From an uncultured Acidobacteriota bacterium (lineage in GTDB: Bacteria > Acidobacteriota > Polarisedimenticolia > J045): 64,000 bases of DNA. The notes below the pieces were generated by a model. It made no database searches. It had not been told where the DNA came from and saw only the letters and a program-made list of their open reading frames with translations. This document shows positions 53,724 to 63,743 of this stretch, piece after piece. The stretch is taken from positions 100,514-164,513 of the forward strand of contig CAYQTA010000094.1 of assembly GCA_964420365.1 (NCBI GenBank). Direction: 5' to 3'. Positions within the stretch are counted from its first letter, which is position 1. Every line of letters begins with the position of its first letter. The translations under genes and the position numbers were made by a program.

Positions 53724-55496
53724 TCAGAAGGGGAAGAAAACGGGGACCAGGGCGAGCACGACACCGAAGCAGAGGAACGTCAGGGGCGCTCCCAGCGCGA
53801 GGAAGTCACGGAAACGGTAGCGGCCGGTCGACATCACGAGGAGACAGGCCGGCTCGAGGGGCGTCATGAACGCCAGGGACGCGGCCACCGCCACCGTGAC
53901 GGCGAAGGGACGGGGATTCGCTCCCGCCAGGGCCGCGGTGTCCAGGGCGACCGGCAGCACGAGGAGCGCCGCCGCCGCGTTCGACATCGGCTGGGTGAGC
54001 AGCACCGTGAGCCAGTAGATCGCGGCGAGGGACGCGAGGGCATGGTGGTCCCCGGCCCCGCCGGCAAGACGGAGCACGGAGTGGGCCAGCCACGACGCGG
54101 CGCCGGAGACGTCGAGGGCCTGCGAGACGCCGATCATCGCCCCGATCAGCACGATCAGCTTCAGGTTCAGGGCCCGGTACGCCTCCTCGAGGGGGATGCA
54201 GCCGAGGGCCACGACGAGGACCGCCCCGAGCAGGAAGGCGACGGACACCGGCAGGATCCCGAGGGCGGCCACCAGGAGGGCCAGCCCGAAGACCAGGATC
54301 GAGAACCGCTCCTTGCGGGGCTCGTAGCGGGGCAGGAACCGGTCGCCCACCAGCAGGTAGAGGGGATCCCCCGCGAGGCGACGGATCCGTTCCGGGGCCC
54401 CCTGCAGCAGGAGGACGTCTCCGACCCGGAGACGGATGTCCCCGATCTTCTCGATCACCGGGCCGCCGCGACGCCACAGGGCGACGACGTCGAGGCCGTA
54501 GCGGCCCCGCAGGTCCACCTCCCGCAGGGTCCGCCCGATCAGGGGCGAGTTGTAGGAGACCGTGGCCTCGACCAGGGTGAGCCCCGCCTGGCCGGGTTCG
54601 ATCCTCTTGCGCGTCGTCTTCCGGCGGAGACCGGCCGCGGAGACCGCACGGTTCACCGCCCGGGCATCCCCCTCGGCGACGACGATGTCTCCCTCCCGGA
54701 GCGGGGTGTCCAGGATCCCCTCGACCAGGCGCACCGCCCCGCGGATCAGGCCGAGGGGATGCAGCCGGGCGCGACGCCCCAGGTCGAGCTCCCGGAGGGT
54801 CCGGCCGATCGCGGGGGAGGCGGGGGGCACCTCCAGCTCCGTCATGAAGAAGCGCCGGTCCCCTCCCCCCGCGTCCTCCTGGCCGACGCGACCGGGCAGC
54901 CACCGGGAGAAGACGACGAGGTACAGCGCGCCGAGGATCGCCAGGGGAACGCCGACCGGCGTCAGCTCGAAGAGACCGAGGGGAGGCTGACCGTGCTCGA
55001 CCAGGGCCCCGGCCACGGCCACGTTCGTCGAGGTCCCGGTCAGGGTGCAGACGCCGCCGAGCAGGCTCGCGAAGGCGACCGGCATCAGCAGGCGGGCCGG
55101 CGGAAGACGGCGGATCCGGGCGAGGCTCTCCGCCACCGGCAGGAACATCGCCGTCGCCGCCACGTTGTTGATGAACGCGGAGACCAGGGTCACCGTCCCG
55201 AGGAGCAGCGGAACCACCCGCTCGTGCCCGCCCCGCGACAGCCGCTCGAGGCGGGCGACGATCCGTTCCCCCGCCCCGTTGCGCACCAGGCTGGCGGAAA
55301 GGATCAGCACGCTGCCGATCATCACGAGGGCGGGGCTGCCGAAGCCGTGGAACGCCTGGGCGGGATCGAGGACCCCGCCCACGACCAGCGCCAGCAGGGC
55401 GAGCAGGCCCACCAGCTCCACGGCGAGTGCCTCCGTCCAGAAGAGGACGAAGGCGACGGCGACGACCAGGAGGACGAAGGTGGCCTCGACGTTCAC
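53724..55496 (-). CDS. SLC13/DASS-family anion transporter with two central TrkA-C (RCK_C) domains
   Basis: 590 aa with N- and C-terminal multi-helix permease halves flanking two ...GRTLRELDLGRRARLHPLGLIRG... / ...GRTLREVDLRGRYGLDVVALWRRG... TrkA-C repeats. Confidence 0.8.
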   Translation of the reverse strand: MNVEATFVLLVVAVAFVLFWTEALAVELVGLLALLALVVGGVLDPAQAFHGFGSPALVMIGSVLILSASLVRNGAGERIVARLERLSRGGHERVVPLLLGTVTLVSAFINNVAATAMFLPVAESLARIRRLPPARLLMPVAFASLLGGVCTLTGTSTNVAVAGALVEHGQPPLGLFELTPVGVPLAILGALYLVVFSRWLPGRVGQEDAGGGDRRFFMTELEVPPASPAIGRTLRELDLGRRARLHPLGLIRGAVRLVEGILDTPLREGDIVVAEGDARAVNRAVSAAGLRRKTTRKRIEPGQAGLTLVEATVSYNSPLIGRTLREVDLRGRYGLDVVALWRRGGPVIEKIGDIRLRVGDVLLLQGAPERIRRLAGDPLYLLVGDRFLPRYEPRKERFSILVFGLALLVAALGILPVSVAFLLGAVLVVALGCIPLEEAYRALNLKLIVLIGAMIGVSQALDVSGAASWLAHSVLRLAGGAGDHHALASLAAIYWLTVLLTQPMSNAAAALLVLPVALDTAALAGANPRPFAVTVAVAASLAFMTPLEPACLLVMSTGRYRFRDFLALGAPLTFLCFGVVLALVPVFFPF

Positions 55497-55509
55497 GGGA
55501 AACCGGCCC

Positions 55510-56769
55510 TCAATCGAGCAGCTCCCCCTTCGGAATCACGACGAGCCCTCCGGGGGTGACGAAGAAGCGCTTCCGGTCCGCCTCCGGGTCGACACCGATC
55601 TCGTAGCCCTCCGGGATCCGGACCCCCTTGTCGACGATCGCCCGGCGGACCACGGCATGCCGCCCCACGTCGACACCGTCCATCAGGATGCTGTCCTCCA
55701 CCCGGGACCAGGAGTTCACCCGGCAGCCGGGACCGAGGATCGAGCGTTCCACCCGTCCCCCGCTCACGATGGCGCCCGGCGACACGAGGGAGTCCAGGGC
55801 CTCGCCGATTCGACCCTTCTCGCCCCCGGCGAAGACGAACTTGGCCGGGGGCGCCTGGATCGGGGCGGAACGGACGGGCCACTCCCGGTCGTAGAGGTTG
55901 AACTCCGGGCTCACCGACACCAGGTCCATGTTGGCGTCGTAGTAGGCGTCCAGGGTCCCGATGTCCCGCCAGTAGGGCCTCCGGTCCGTCCCCGCCCCGT
56001 GGAACCGGTGGGCGATCACGCGCCGCCCCTCGGCAACGAGGGCGGGAAAGACGTCGTGTCCGAAGTCGTGGCTCGACGATTCCCGGCGGGCATCCCGGCT
56101 CACCGCCGCGACCAGGGTCTCCGTGTCGAACACGTAGACCCCCATGTTGGCCAGGACCTCGGGACCCCGCGGATCGAGATCCTTCGGCTTCTCGCGGAAT
56201 CCCGTCACGCGCCCCTCGGTGTCGGTCTCCACGACGCCGAACCGGGAGGCCTCGGCCGCGGGCACGGGGATGACGGCCATCGTCGCCTCGGCGCCGCGCT
56301 CGATGTGCTCCGCCAGCATCTCCCGGTAGTCCATCCGGTAGACGTGATCGCCGGACAGGATCACGACGTGGCTGGGCTTCTCGTCGCTGAGGATGTAGAC
56401 GTTCTGCCAGACCGCGTCGGCGGTTCCGAGGTACCACGTGGTCCCGACCCGGAGCTGCGGAGGGATCGTCCAGACGTACTCTCCCAGCTCGGCCGAAAAC
56501 AGGTTCCATCCCTGCTTGACGTGGAGCTGCAGCGAGGCGGACTTGTACTGGGTCAGCAGGTAGATGCGGCGGAGCCCGCTGTTGACGCAGTTCGACAGCG
56601 TGAAGTCGATGATCCGGTAGGTCCCACCGAACGGGACGGCCGGCTTCGACCGGTCGCGGGTGAGCGGGTAGAGCCGCTCACCCTTCCCCCCGGCCAGGAC
56701 GAAGGTGATCACCCGGCGCAGTACGTCCGGGTGCACGGTCTTCCTCTCGCGCCGCGGCGACGTGGCCAT
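55510..56769 (-). CDS. glgC: Glucose-1-phosphate adenylyltransferase
   Basis: 419 aa: ...ITFVLAGGKGERLYPLTRDRSKPAVPFGGTYRIIDFTLSNCVNSG...YLGTADAV... and a C-terminal left-handed beta-helix. Confidence 0.9.
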   Translation of the reverse strand: MATSPRRERKTVHPDVLRRVITFVLAGGKGERLYPLTRDRSKPAVPFGGTYRIIDFTLSNCVNSGLRRIYLLTQYKSASLQLHVKQGWNLFSAELGEYVWTIPPQLRVGTTWYLGTADAVWQNVYILSDEKPSHVVILSGDHVYRMDYREMLAEHIERGAEATMAVIPVPAAEASRFGVVETDTEGRVTGFREKPKDLDPRGPEVLANMGVYVFDTETLVAAVSRDARRESSSHDFGHDVFPALVAEGRRVIAHRFHGAGTDRRPYWRDIGTLDAYYDANMDLVSVSPEFNLYDREWPVRSAPIQAPPAKFVFAGGEKGRIGEALDSLVSPGAIVSGGRVERSILGPGCRVNSWSRVEDSILMDGVDVGRHAVVRRAIVDKGVRIPEGYEIGVDPEADRKRFFVTPGGLVVIPKGELLD

Positions 56770-56791
56770 CGGTCGTTCCTCCAGGAAGGCG

Positions 56792-57172
56792 TCAGATCTC
56801 CGGCGGGCCCAGGTGCTCCCGCTCCTCGAGCAGCCGGCGGATCGTCCGCTTGAGTTCCGTGGTGTCCGGGCCCTTCGTCACGTAGGCGTCCGCGGCCCAC
56901 GAGGTGAAGTCGTCCCGGTAGGAGTCGTAGGCGGTGTGCAGGATGATCGGGATCCGGCGATCGCGGTCGAGGATTCGCGCCATCGCCTCGAGCCCGTTCA
57001 TCCCCGGCATCCGGATGTCGAGCACGACCAGGTCCGGCGCGCTCCGCTCGAACGCGCGGATGCCCTCCTCGGCCGTCGCGGCCTCGAGCACCTCGTGGCC
57101 CTCCTCCTCCAGCTCCTTCCGGTACAGGAGCCGGAGGTTCGCCTCGTCGTCCACGATCAGGATACGGGCCAT
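56792..57172 (-). CDS. Single-domain response regulator (CheY-like receiver)
   Basis: 126 aa: MARILIVDDEANLRLLY...DLVVLDIRMPGMNGLE...HTAYDSY...YVTKG. No output domain. Confidence 0.8.
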   Translation of the reverse strand: MARILIVDDEANLRLLYRKELEEEGHEVLEAATAEEGIRAFERSAPDLVVLDIRMPGMNGLEAMARILDRDRRIPIILHTAYDSYRDDFTSWAADAYVTKGPDTTELKRTIRRLLEEREHLGPPEI

Positions 57173-57175
57173 CTG

Positions 57176-59323
57176 TCAGTCCTCCTTCATCCTCCCGGCC
57201 TCCGCCAGGGGGAGGACCACGCGGAAGCGGGACCCCTCGCCGGGACGTCCGCCCGCGGTCAGGGACCCGCCGCACTGGGCGACCAGCCGGCGGGCAAGGG
57301 GCAGGCCGAGGCCCGTCCCTCCCGCCTTCGTGGTGTAGAACGGCTCGAAGACCTTCTCGATGTCCTCGGGCGACAGCCCGGGGCCGTTGTCCTCGACGAC
57401 GATGTGGACGGTGTCCCGGAAGCGGCGCGCCTCGACGGCCACCCGCCCTCCTTCGCCGACGGCATCGAACGCGTTCCGCAGCAGGTTGTCCAGGACCTCC
57501 ATCAGGATCTCCCGACCGCCCCGCACCGCCGGCAGTCCCTCCTCGACCTCCGCCACCAGCTCGATCCCCTGCTCCGAGGCCAGCTCGCGGTACCGGGCGA
57601 CGGCGTCGGCGACGAGGCCGGCGACGTCGACCGCCTCCTCCGCCGGCGAGCGCGCGACCCGGACCTCCTGGCGGATCCGCTCGAGGATCATCTCCATGCG
57701 GGACGCCTCCTCGACGATGATCGCCACGTCCTCGTGCCGCGGGTCGTCCCCGGGGATCGCCCGGGCGAGCCGCCGGGCGAACCCGCCGAGGATCGACAGC
57801 GGATTGCGGATCTGGTGGACGATCTCGGCGGCCAGCTCGCCGATCGCCGAGAGCCGCTCTTCCTCGAGCAGTTTCCGCTGGAGGTGGCGGGTCCGCTCGT
57901 GGGCGACCCGCAGGTCCTCGAGCCGCTGCGCCAGCTCGTCGTGGAGGCGCGAGCGCTGGATCGCACCGGCCGCGCTGGCGGCAAGGAGCCCCAGGAGCCC
58001 GGGCAGGTCCTCCTCGCGGTCCGGGCCGGGGGGAAGCGTCCCGCACAGGACGCCGAGCCCTTCCGACTGGCCGCGCAGCCCGACGAGCCAGGCGGGCTCG
58101 GGCCCGAGGAACCCCGCCAGCCGCGGCTCGACGACGTCCGCCGCCCCGCCGGCGGCGAACGGCCGCGGGTTTCCCTCCGCGAGGGCCCGCACGAGCGGAT
58201 GGTCCCTCCGGTCGAGGGGCACGACGACCCGCCGGACCATCGTCTCGAGGACGCGGTCCTCGGGGAACGGCTGCTGGAAGGCGAGGGCCTCGATCCGGTC
58301 ACCCAGGTCCTCGAGGGAGTGCGCCCCCTCGATACCGGGCCGGCGCCGCGCCATCCGCCCCCGCAGGACCCCCCGGTGGGGATCGACGAGGAACAGGGCG
58401 GCCGACGAGAGCCCGAGACCGGCCGGATGAACCATCGCGGCCAGCACGACACCGAGCACCTGGTCGAGCCGCGCCGTGCGGGCCAGCACGCGGCTGACCT
58501 CCTGGAGCAGGCCGAGCTGGGCGATCTTGCGGGAGAGCGCCTCCCGGTAGGCCCGCTCCCGCGTGATCTCGACCAGGATCGCCACCGCCGCCGCCAGCTT
58601 TCCGTCGGGGCCCGGCACCGAGGCGAGGGAGAACTGGAAGACCCGGCGCGAAGGACCCTCGCCGAAAACGGCCTCGATGCCCTCGATCGTCGGGCGCCGC
58701 TCGAGAAGGCGGGCCAGGTCGGTCCCCCGCGCGGGCAGCACGTCCGGCGGCAGCAGGTCCTCGAGGCGCCGGCCACGCAGCGCCAGCTCCCGTTCTTCCA
58801 GGGTGTCGCCCGCGGGCGTCACCAGCAGGGTGACCGCGGGCGGGTTCGCGGCGACGACCCGCATCTCCGCGTCGAGCAGGACGACCCCGGCCGGGACGTG
58901 GCGCAGGCCGGCGGACAGGACGCGCTCGCGAAACACCTGGTCGGGGAAGGCCCGGTCCGGTCCCCCGGTGTCGAGGATCATCTCCAGGACCTGCCGCCCG
59001 GGGAGCGGGGCCTGGAAGAGGAGCAGGCGGGGCCCGAGGGCGCCGGGCCGGGTCTCCGGTACCCAGGTGCAGTGGGCACGCCGCTCCGCGAGCACCCGCT
59101 CCAGGCGGCAGCCGCTGCAATCGAGCTTCCTCCGGAGCAACCGCCCCCGGCACGTGGAACCGATCAGCTCGGCGCCCCGGGAAGCCAGGAGGGAACGACT
59201 CGCCCAGGCGACCCGGCGGGAGGCGTCGATCACCGCCAGCTGCACGCCGGCCGCGTCGAGGGCGGCAAGGAGCGCCGAGGGGTCCGGCACGGTCTCGCGG
59301 GCGGCTTCCTTCCCCTTCGGCAT
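57176..59323 (-). CDS. Cytoplasmic sensor histidine kinase (Cys-rich N-terminus, PAS/GAF-type sensory region, HisKA, HATPase_c)
   Basis: ORF 57176..59467, from internal MPKGKEAARE (ATG 59323). N-terminal C-x10-C-x2-C-x12-C cluster. ...ERLSAIGELAAEIVHQIRNPLSIL (H-box)...DNGPGLSPEDIEKVFEPFYTTKAGGTGLGL (G1/G2 boxes). No transmembrane helices seen. Confidence 0.8.
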   Translation of the reverse strand: MPKGKEAARETVPDPSALLAALDAAGVQLAVIDASRRVAWASRSLLASRGAELIGSTCRGRLLRRKLDCSGCRLERVLAERRAHCTWVPETRPGALGPRLLLFQAPLPGRQVLEMILDTGGPDRAFPDQVFRERVLSAGLRHVPAGVVLLDAEMRVVAANPPAVTLLVTPAGDTLEERELALRGRRLEDLLPPDVLPARGTDLARLLERRPTIEGIEAVFGEGPSRRVFQFSLASVPGPDGKLAAAVAILVEITRERAYREALSRKIAQLGLLQEVSRVLARTARLDQVLGVVLAAMVHPAGLGLSSAALFLVDPHRGVLRGRMARRRPGIEGAHSLEDLGDRIEALAFQQPFPEDRVLETMVRRVVVPLDRRDHPLVRALAEGNPRPFAAGGAADVVEPRLAGFLGPEPAWLVGLRGQSEGLGVLCGTLPPGPDREEDLPGLLGLLAASAAGAIQRSRLHDELAQRLEDLRVAHERTRHLQRKLLEEERLSAIGELAAEIVHQIRNPLSILGGFARRLARAIPGDDPRHEDVAIIVEEASRMEMILERIRQEVRVARSPAEEAVDVAGLVADAVARYRELASEQGIELVAEVEEGLPAVRGGREILMEVLDNLLRNAFDAVGEGGRVAVEARRFRDTVHIVVEDNGPGLSPEDIEKVFEPFYTTKAGGTGLGLPLARRLVAQCGGSLTAGGRPGEGSRFRVVLPLAEAGRMKED

Positions 59324-59465
59324 CGATTCCCCTCGGCAGGGCCCGGAAATGTCCGGTGGCCGCCTCCAGTATAGCCCCGGGGCCGGTGGGCCGGTTTCGC
59401 GCTTCGGGATAGACTCCTCGTCCCCCGAGGACCCGCTTCTCGCGCGGGGAAGAAGGAGACGACCC

Positions 59466-61097
59466 ATGCCGAACGGTGTCTACCGCGTACCCGAGCCCAA
59501 GAACGAGCCGGTGCTGACCTACGCCCCCGGCACGCCGGAGCGGGCGACCGTCAAGGAAGAACTCGCGCGCCTGCTCGACGAACCGATGGAGATCCCCTGC
59601 GTGATCGGCGGCAGGGAGATCCGCACGGGAAAGATCGCCCTCCAGCGCCTTCCCCACGACCACCGGCACGTGATCGCCCGGGTCCACATGGCGGGGCCCC
59701 GCGAGGTGCGGATGGCGGTGCGGGCGGCACGGGAGGCCTGGGAGAGCTGGTCGCGGACGCCGTGGGAGGTGCGCGCCGCGATCTTCCTCAAGGCGGCCGA
59801 GCTCCTCGCCGGTCCGTACCGGGCCCTCGCCAACGCGGCGACCATGCTGGGGCAGAGCAAGACGATCCACCAGGCGGAGATCGACGCGGCCTGCGAGCTG
59901 ATCGACTTCTGGCGGTTCAATCCCTGGTACATGCAGAAGATCTACGAGGACCAGCCCTGGTCTTCCGCCGGCACCTGGAACGTGGTGGAGTACCGACCCC
60001 TCGAGGGGTTCGTCTTCGCGATCACCCCGTTCAACTTCACCTCCATCGGGGGCAACCTGCCGACGTCGCCGGCGATGATGGGGAACACCGTCATCTGGAA
60101 GCCCGCGTCCACGTCGGTCGCCTCCAACTGGGTGATCTTCAACGTGCTCCGCGAGGCGGGACTGCCGGCCGGCGTGATCAACTTCCTCCCGGGCCCGGGC
60201 TCGGCGATCGGGCCGGTGGTCCTGACCGACCCGAACCTGGCCGGGGTCCACTTCACCGGCTCGACGTCGACGTTCCAGAACATCTGGCAGACGATCGGGA
60301 CCAACATCCGGTCGTACCGCACCTATCCCCGGCTGGTCGGCGAGACCGGCGGCAAGGACTTCGTCTTCGTCCACCCGTCCGCCGACGTGGACGAGGTCGT
60401 GACCGCCCTGGTCCGCGGCGCGTTCGAGTACCAGGGGCAGAAGTGCTCGGCCGCCTCCCGGGCCTACGTGCCCCGGTCCCTGTGGCCACGGATCCGCCGG
60501 GCGCTGGTGGCCGAGGTGAAGAACATCCGGATGGGCGACGTGACCGACTTCCGCAACTTCATGGGAGCGGTGATCGACCGGGCCTCCTTCGAGAAGATCA
60601 CGGGCGCGATCGCCACGGCGAAGCGGTCGAAGAAGGCGAAGATCATCGTCGGTGGTGGCCACGACCGGAAGAAGGGCTGGTTCATCGAGCCGACGGTGGT
60701 CGAGGTCGAGGACCCGAAGCACCGCCTGATGCAGGAGGAGTGGTTCGGCCCGCTGCTGAGCATCTGGGTCTACCCGGACCGTGACCTGGACCGGGCGGTC
60801 GAGCTGTGCAACGAGACCAGCCCGTACGGGCTGACCGGCGCGGTCTTCGCCCGCGACCGCAGGGCGATCCAGGCGATCTCCCAGGCGCTCCGCCACGCCG
60901 CCGGCAACTTCTACGTCAACGACAAGCCGACGGGCGCGGTGGTCGGCCAGCAGCCGTTCGGTGGTTCCCGGGCCTCGGGAACGAACGACAAGGCTGGCTC
61001 GGCGATGAACCTGCTGCGCTGGACCTCGGCGCGGGCGATCAAGGAGACCTTCGTGCCGCCGAGGGACTGGCGGTACCCCTTCATGGACGAGGAGTGA
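59466..61097 (+). CDS. pruA: 1-pyrroline-5-carboxylate (L-glutamate gamma-semialdehyde) dehydrogenase
   Basis: C-terminal part of ORF 58563..61097, from ATG 59466: MPNGVYRVPEPKNEPVLTYAPGTPER... with aldehyde dehydrogenase catalytic motifs ...VGETGGKDFVFV...EYQGQKCSAASRAYV. Confidence 0.85.
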   Translation: MPNGVYRVPEPKNEPVLTYAPGTPERATVKEELARLLDEPMEIPCVIGGREIRTGKIALQRLPHDHRHVIARVHMAGPREVRMAVRAAREAWESWSRTPWEVRAAIFLKAAELLAGPYRALANAATMLGQSKTIHQAEIDAACELIDFWRFNPWYMQKIYEDQPWSSAGTWNVVEYRPLEGFVFAITPFNFTSIGGNLPTSPAMMGNTVIWKPASTSVASNWVIFNVLREAGLPAGVINFLPGPGSAIGPVVLTDPNLAGVHFTGSTSTFQNIWQTIGTNIRSYRTYPRLVGETGGKDFVFVHPSADVDEVVTALVRGAFEYQGQKCSAASRAYVPRSLWPRIRRALVAEVKNIRMGDVTDFRNFMGAVIDRASFEKITGAIATAKRSKKAKIIVGGGHDRKKGWFIEPTVVEVEDPKHRLMQEEWFGPLLSIWVYPDRDLDRAVELCNETSPYGLTGAVFARDRRAIQAISQALRHAAGNFYVNDKPTGAVVGQQPFGGSRASGTNDKAGSAMNLLRWTSARAIKETFVPPRDWRYPFMDEE

Positions 61098-61121
61098 CGT
61101 CACCACCCCGCGCCACCGTGA

Positions 61122-61149
61122 CCCGGGCCCCGGCACGCCGGGGCCCGGG
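61122..61149 (+). terminator. Hairpin downstream of pruA
   Basis: CCCGGGCCCCGG-cacg-CCGGGGCCCGGG palindrome 24 nt after the TGA stop, followed by TGCCTTCGCC. Confidence 0.4.
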
Positions 61150-61230
61150 TGCCTTCGCCGCCCTTGCCCGGGCCGCCCGGCGGGTCGACAATCCCCTCCC
61201 CCACCTCGCGCATGCCCCCGGGAGGGACCG

Positions 61231-62436
61231 ATGCCCGCCGAGCCGTTCCCGCCGCTCCGCACCGCCCGCCGCATCGAGGGAGTGACCTACGCCGTCCGCG
61301 ACGTGGTCCTGCTGGCCCGGCAGGCGGCCGCCGCCGGCAAGGACCTGATCTACCTGAACATCGGGGATCCCTGCCAGTTCGACTTCCGGACCCCCGAGCC
61401 GGTTGTCGAGGCGATCGTCCGCGCCCTGCGGGACGGGAAGACGTCGTACAGCCCGTCCGAGGGGATCCCGGAGGCGCTGGAGTCGATCCGCCGGGACGCG
61501 GAGGAACGCAAGGGGATCCGGGGGATCTGCGACGTCTTCGTCGGGCACGGGGCGTCGGAGCCGATCGAGACGGTCCTCACCGCCCTCCTCGAGCCGGGTG
61601 AAGGGGTCCTCCTCCCCAGGCCCGGGTATCCCCTCTACCAGGCGGTCGCGGCGAAGCTCGGCGCCCGGGCGATCCCGTACGACCTGGACGAGGAAAACGG
61701 CTGGCAGCCCGACCCGGCGGACATCGAGCGCCGGATCGACGACGGGACCCGGGCGATCGTCCTGATCAACCCGAACAACCCGACCGGCTCGATCGCGTCC
61801 CGGGAAACCCTCGAGAAGGTCCTGGAAATCGCGGCGCGCCATCGCCTCCTCGTCCTGTCGGACGAGATCTACGACCGGATGATCCTCGATGACGTCGAAC
61901 ACGTGGCCACCGCCAGCCTCAGGGACGACATCCCGATCGCGACGTTCGGCGGGCTCTCCAAGGTCTGGCTCGGGCCCGGCCTGCGGATCGGCTGGTGCAT
62001 CCTGTCCGGCCCGGCCGCGGCCCTCGCGCCCCTCCGGGAGGCGGTCGGGCGCCTGATCCGGGCGCGCCTGTGCGCCAGCCACCCGGTCCAGTGGGCGATC
62101 CCGGCGGCCCTCGACGGGGCCAACGAGCACGTTCGCGAGGTCAACGCCCGCCTGCGCCGCCGCCGCGACCTGACGGTGGAGCGGGTGCGGGAGATCCGGG
62201 GGTGGTCGATCGTACCGCCGCGGGGCGCCTTCTACGCCTTTCCCCGGGTCGATCTCGGGCGGGACGACCTCGAGCTGGTCCGTGGGCTGATTCTCGAGGA
62301 GGGCGTCGTCACCGTCCACGGCGGCGGCTTCGGCCAGAAGGAAGGCACCCACCACGTGCGCATCGTCTTCCTCCCGCCGGAAGACGTGCTCGCCGAGGCG
62401 TACGACCGGATCGCCCGCTACTGCTCCCGAGCCTGA
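61231..62436 (+). CDS. PLP-dependent class I/II aminotransferase (AlaA/AspC-like)
   Basis: 401 aa: ...DLIYLNIGDPCQFDF...LLPRPGYPLY...INPNNPTGS...FGGLSKVWLGPGLRIGW... (the SK in SKVW is the PLP lysine). Confidence 0.85.
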   Translation: MPAEPFPPLRTARRIEGVTYAVRDVVLLARQAAAAGKDLIYLNIGDPCQFDFRTPEPVVEAIVRALRDGKTSYSPSEGIPEALESIRRDAEERKGIRGICDVFVGHGASEPIETVLTALLEPGEGVLLPRPGYPLYQAVAAKLGARAIPYDLDEENGWQPDPADIERRIDDGTRAIVLINPNNPTGSIASRETLEKVLEIAARHRLLVLSDEIYDRMILDDVEHVATASLRDDIPIATFGGLSKVWLGPGLRIGWCILSGPAAALAPLREAVGRLIRARLCASHPVQWAIPAALDGANEHVREVNARLRRRRDLTVERVREIRGWSIVPPRGAFYAFPRVDLGRDDLELVRGLILEEGVVTVHGGGFGQKEGTHHVRIVFLPPEDVLAEAYDRIARYCSRA

Positions 62437-63743
62437 GCCGGCCGGGCGGCCCCGGCCCCGGCGGGCCGCTCGCCCCCCCGCCGCGGCACGCGGCGGCGGC
62501 CGCCGGGAAGGCCCGCCCCGAGCAGCCGGCGGTACAGCGCCGCCAGTTCCGCGGCTCGGGCACCGGGGTCGAACGTCGTCGCGACGAACGCCCGGCGGAC
62601 CGCCGGGTTCCCCGGGATGGCTCCCGGGTCCGCGGCCGCCGCCGCCAGGGCCCGGCTCCAGGCCTCTTCGTCCCCGGAAGGCAGCAGCCACCCCCGGGCC
62701 GGGGCCGGGACGGTTCGCCAGCGGCCCGGGCCCTCCGTCTCCCAGGAGGCGGCCAGCAGGTCGGGAACGCCCCCGACGGCGGAGGCGAGGACGGGCAGGC
62801 CGGCCCCGAGCGCCTCGAGGATGCTGACCGGCGTCCCTTCGCTCCGGGAAGGCAGCACGAGCAGGTCCGCCCGGCACAGCTCGGGAAGCGGGTCCCGGAC
62901 CGGGCCGGCAAAGCTCCACAGGCCGGAAATCTTCGCCTCGGCGAGAAGGTGGTCCAGCTCGGCCCGGACGCGCTCTTCCACCGGCCCGACGACCCGGACG
63001 GCCAGCCCCGGCTCCCCCCGCCTCCGCCGCGCCTCGGCCAGTGCGTGCGCCCGGGCGAGGAGGTCGAGCCCCTTGACGGGAACCCCCCGCCCGAGGAAGA
63101 CCGCGACCCGGCGCCCGTGCCGCCGCACGGGGTCGCCCGCGGCCGTCCCGCCCGGGGGAACGGGAACCGGCAGGGGAACCACCGCCGGGGGGGTGGTCAG
63201 CCCGAGACGCCGCTCCAGGTCGTCGGCGACCCGGGGAGAGACCGCCAGCAGCCGGTCGGTCACCCGGACCAGGCCCCGCTCGATCCGGGTCCAGAGCGGG
63301 GCGAGGCGGCCTCCCGCTTCCCGGGAGAGCGAGTGACCGTGAAAGGTGTGGACCACCCGGGGGACCGGCCGTGCCAGCCGGGCAGCAGCTCGACCGAGAA
63401 CCCCGGCTTTCGCGGTATGGGTGTGAACGATCGCGGGCACGAGGCGCCGGATGGCCCGGGCGAGGGAGAGAAACGCCCGCAGGTCCCGGAGGGGGGACGG
63501 CTCCCGGCAGAGGGAGGAAACGATCCACGCCGGCGCGCCCCCGGTGGGCGGGGGCCATGGAACCTCCCCCGGCGCCGGCCGCCCGGAAACCAGCACCGGG
63601 GCGAACCCCTCCCGGGAGAGGCCGTCGAGCCAGGCGAGGAGCGGCCGGGTCGGGCCCCCCACGACCAGCCGGGTGACGACGTGGAGGACCGGGAAACGTC
63701 CTCCCCCCCTTCCGTTCCCCGCGCCGGCCGGCTCGCGTTCCAT
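62418..63743 (-). CDS. Family-4 (GT-B) glycosyltransferase
   Basis: ORF 62418..63821, from internal MEREPAGAG... (ATG 63743): ...FPVLHVVTRLVVGGPTRPL...HTHTAKAGVLG...EGTPVSILEALGAGLPVLAS (EX7E motif region). It is convergent with the aminotransferase and overlaps its 3' end by 19 nt. Confidence 0.7.
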   Translation of the reverse strand: MEREPAGAGNGRGGGRFPVLHVVTRLVVGGPTRPLLAWLDGLSREGFAPVLVSGRPAPGEVPWPPPTGGAPAWIVSSLCREPSPLRDLRAFLSLARAIRRLVPAIVHTHTAKAGVLGRAAARLARPVPRVVHTFHGHSLSREAGGRLAPLWTRIERGLVRVTDRLLAVSPRVADDLERRLGLTTPPAVVPLPVPVPPGGTAAGDPVRRHGRRVAVFLGRGVPVKGLDLLARAHALAEARRRRGEPGLAVRVVGPVEERVRAELDHLLAEAKISGLWSFAGPVRDPLPELCRADLLVLPSRSEGTPVSILEALGAGLPVLASAVGGVPDLLAASWETEGPGRWRTVPAPARGWLLPSGDEEAWSRALAAAAADPGAIPGNPAVRRAFVATTFDPGARAAELAALYRRLLGAGLPGGRRRVPRRGGERPAGAGAARPAQAREQ

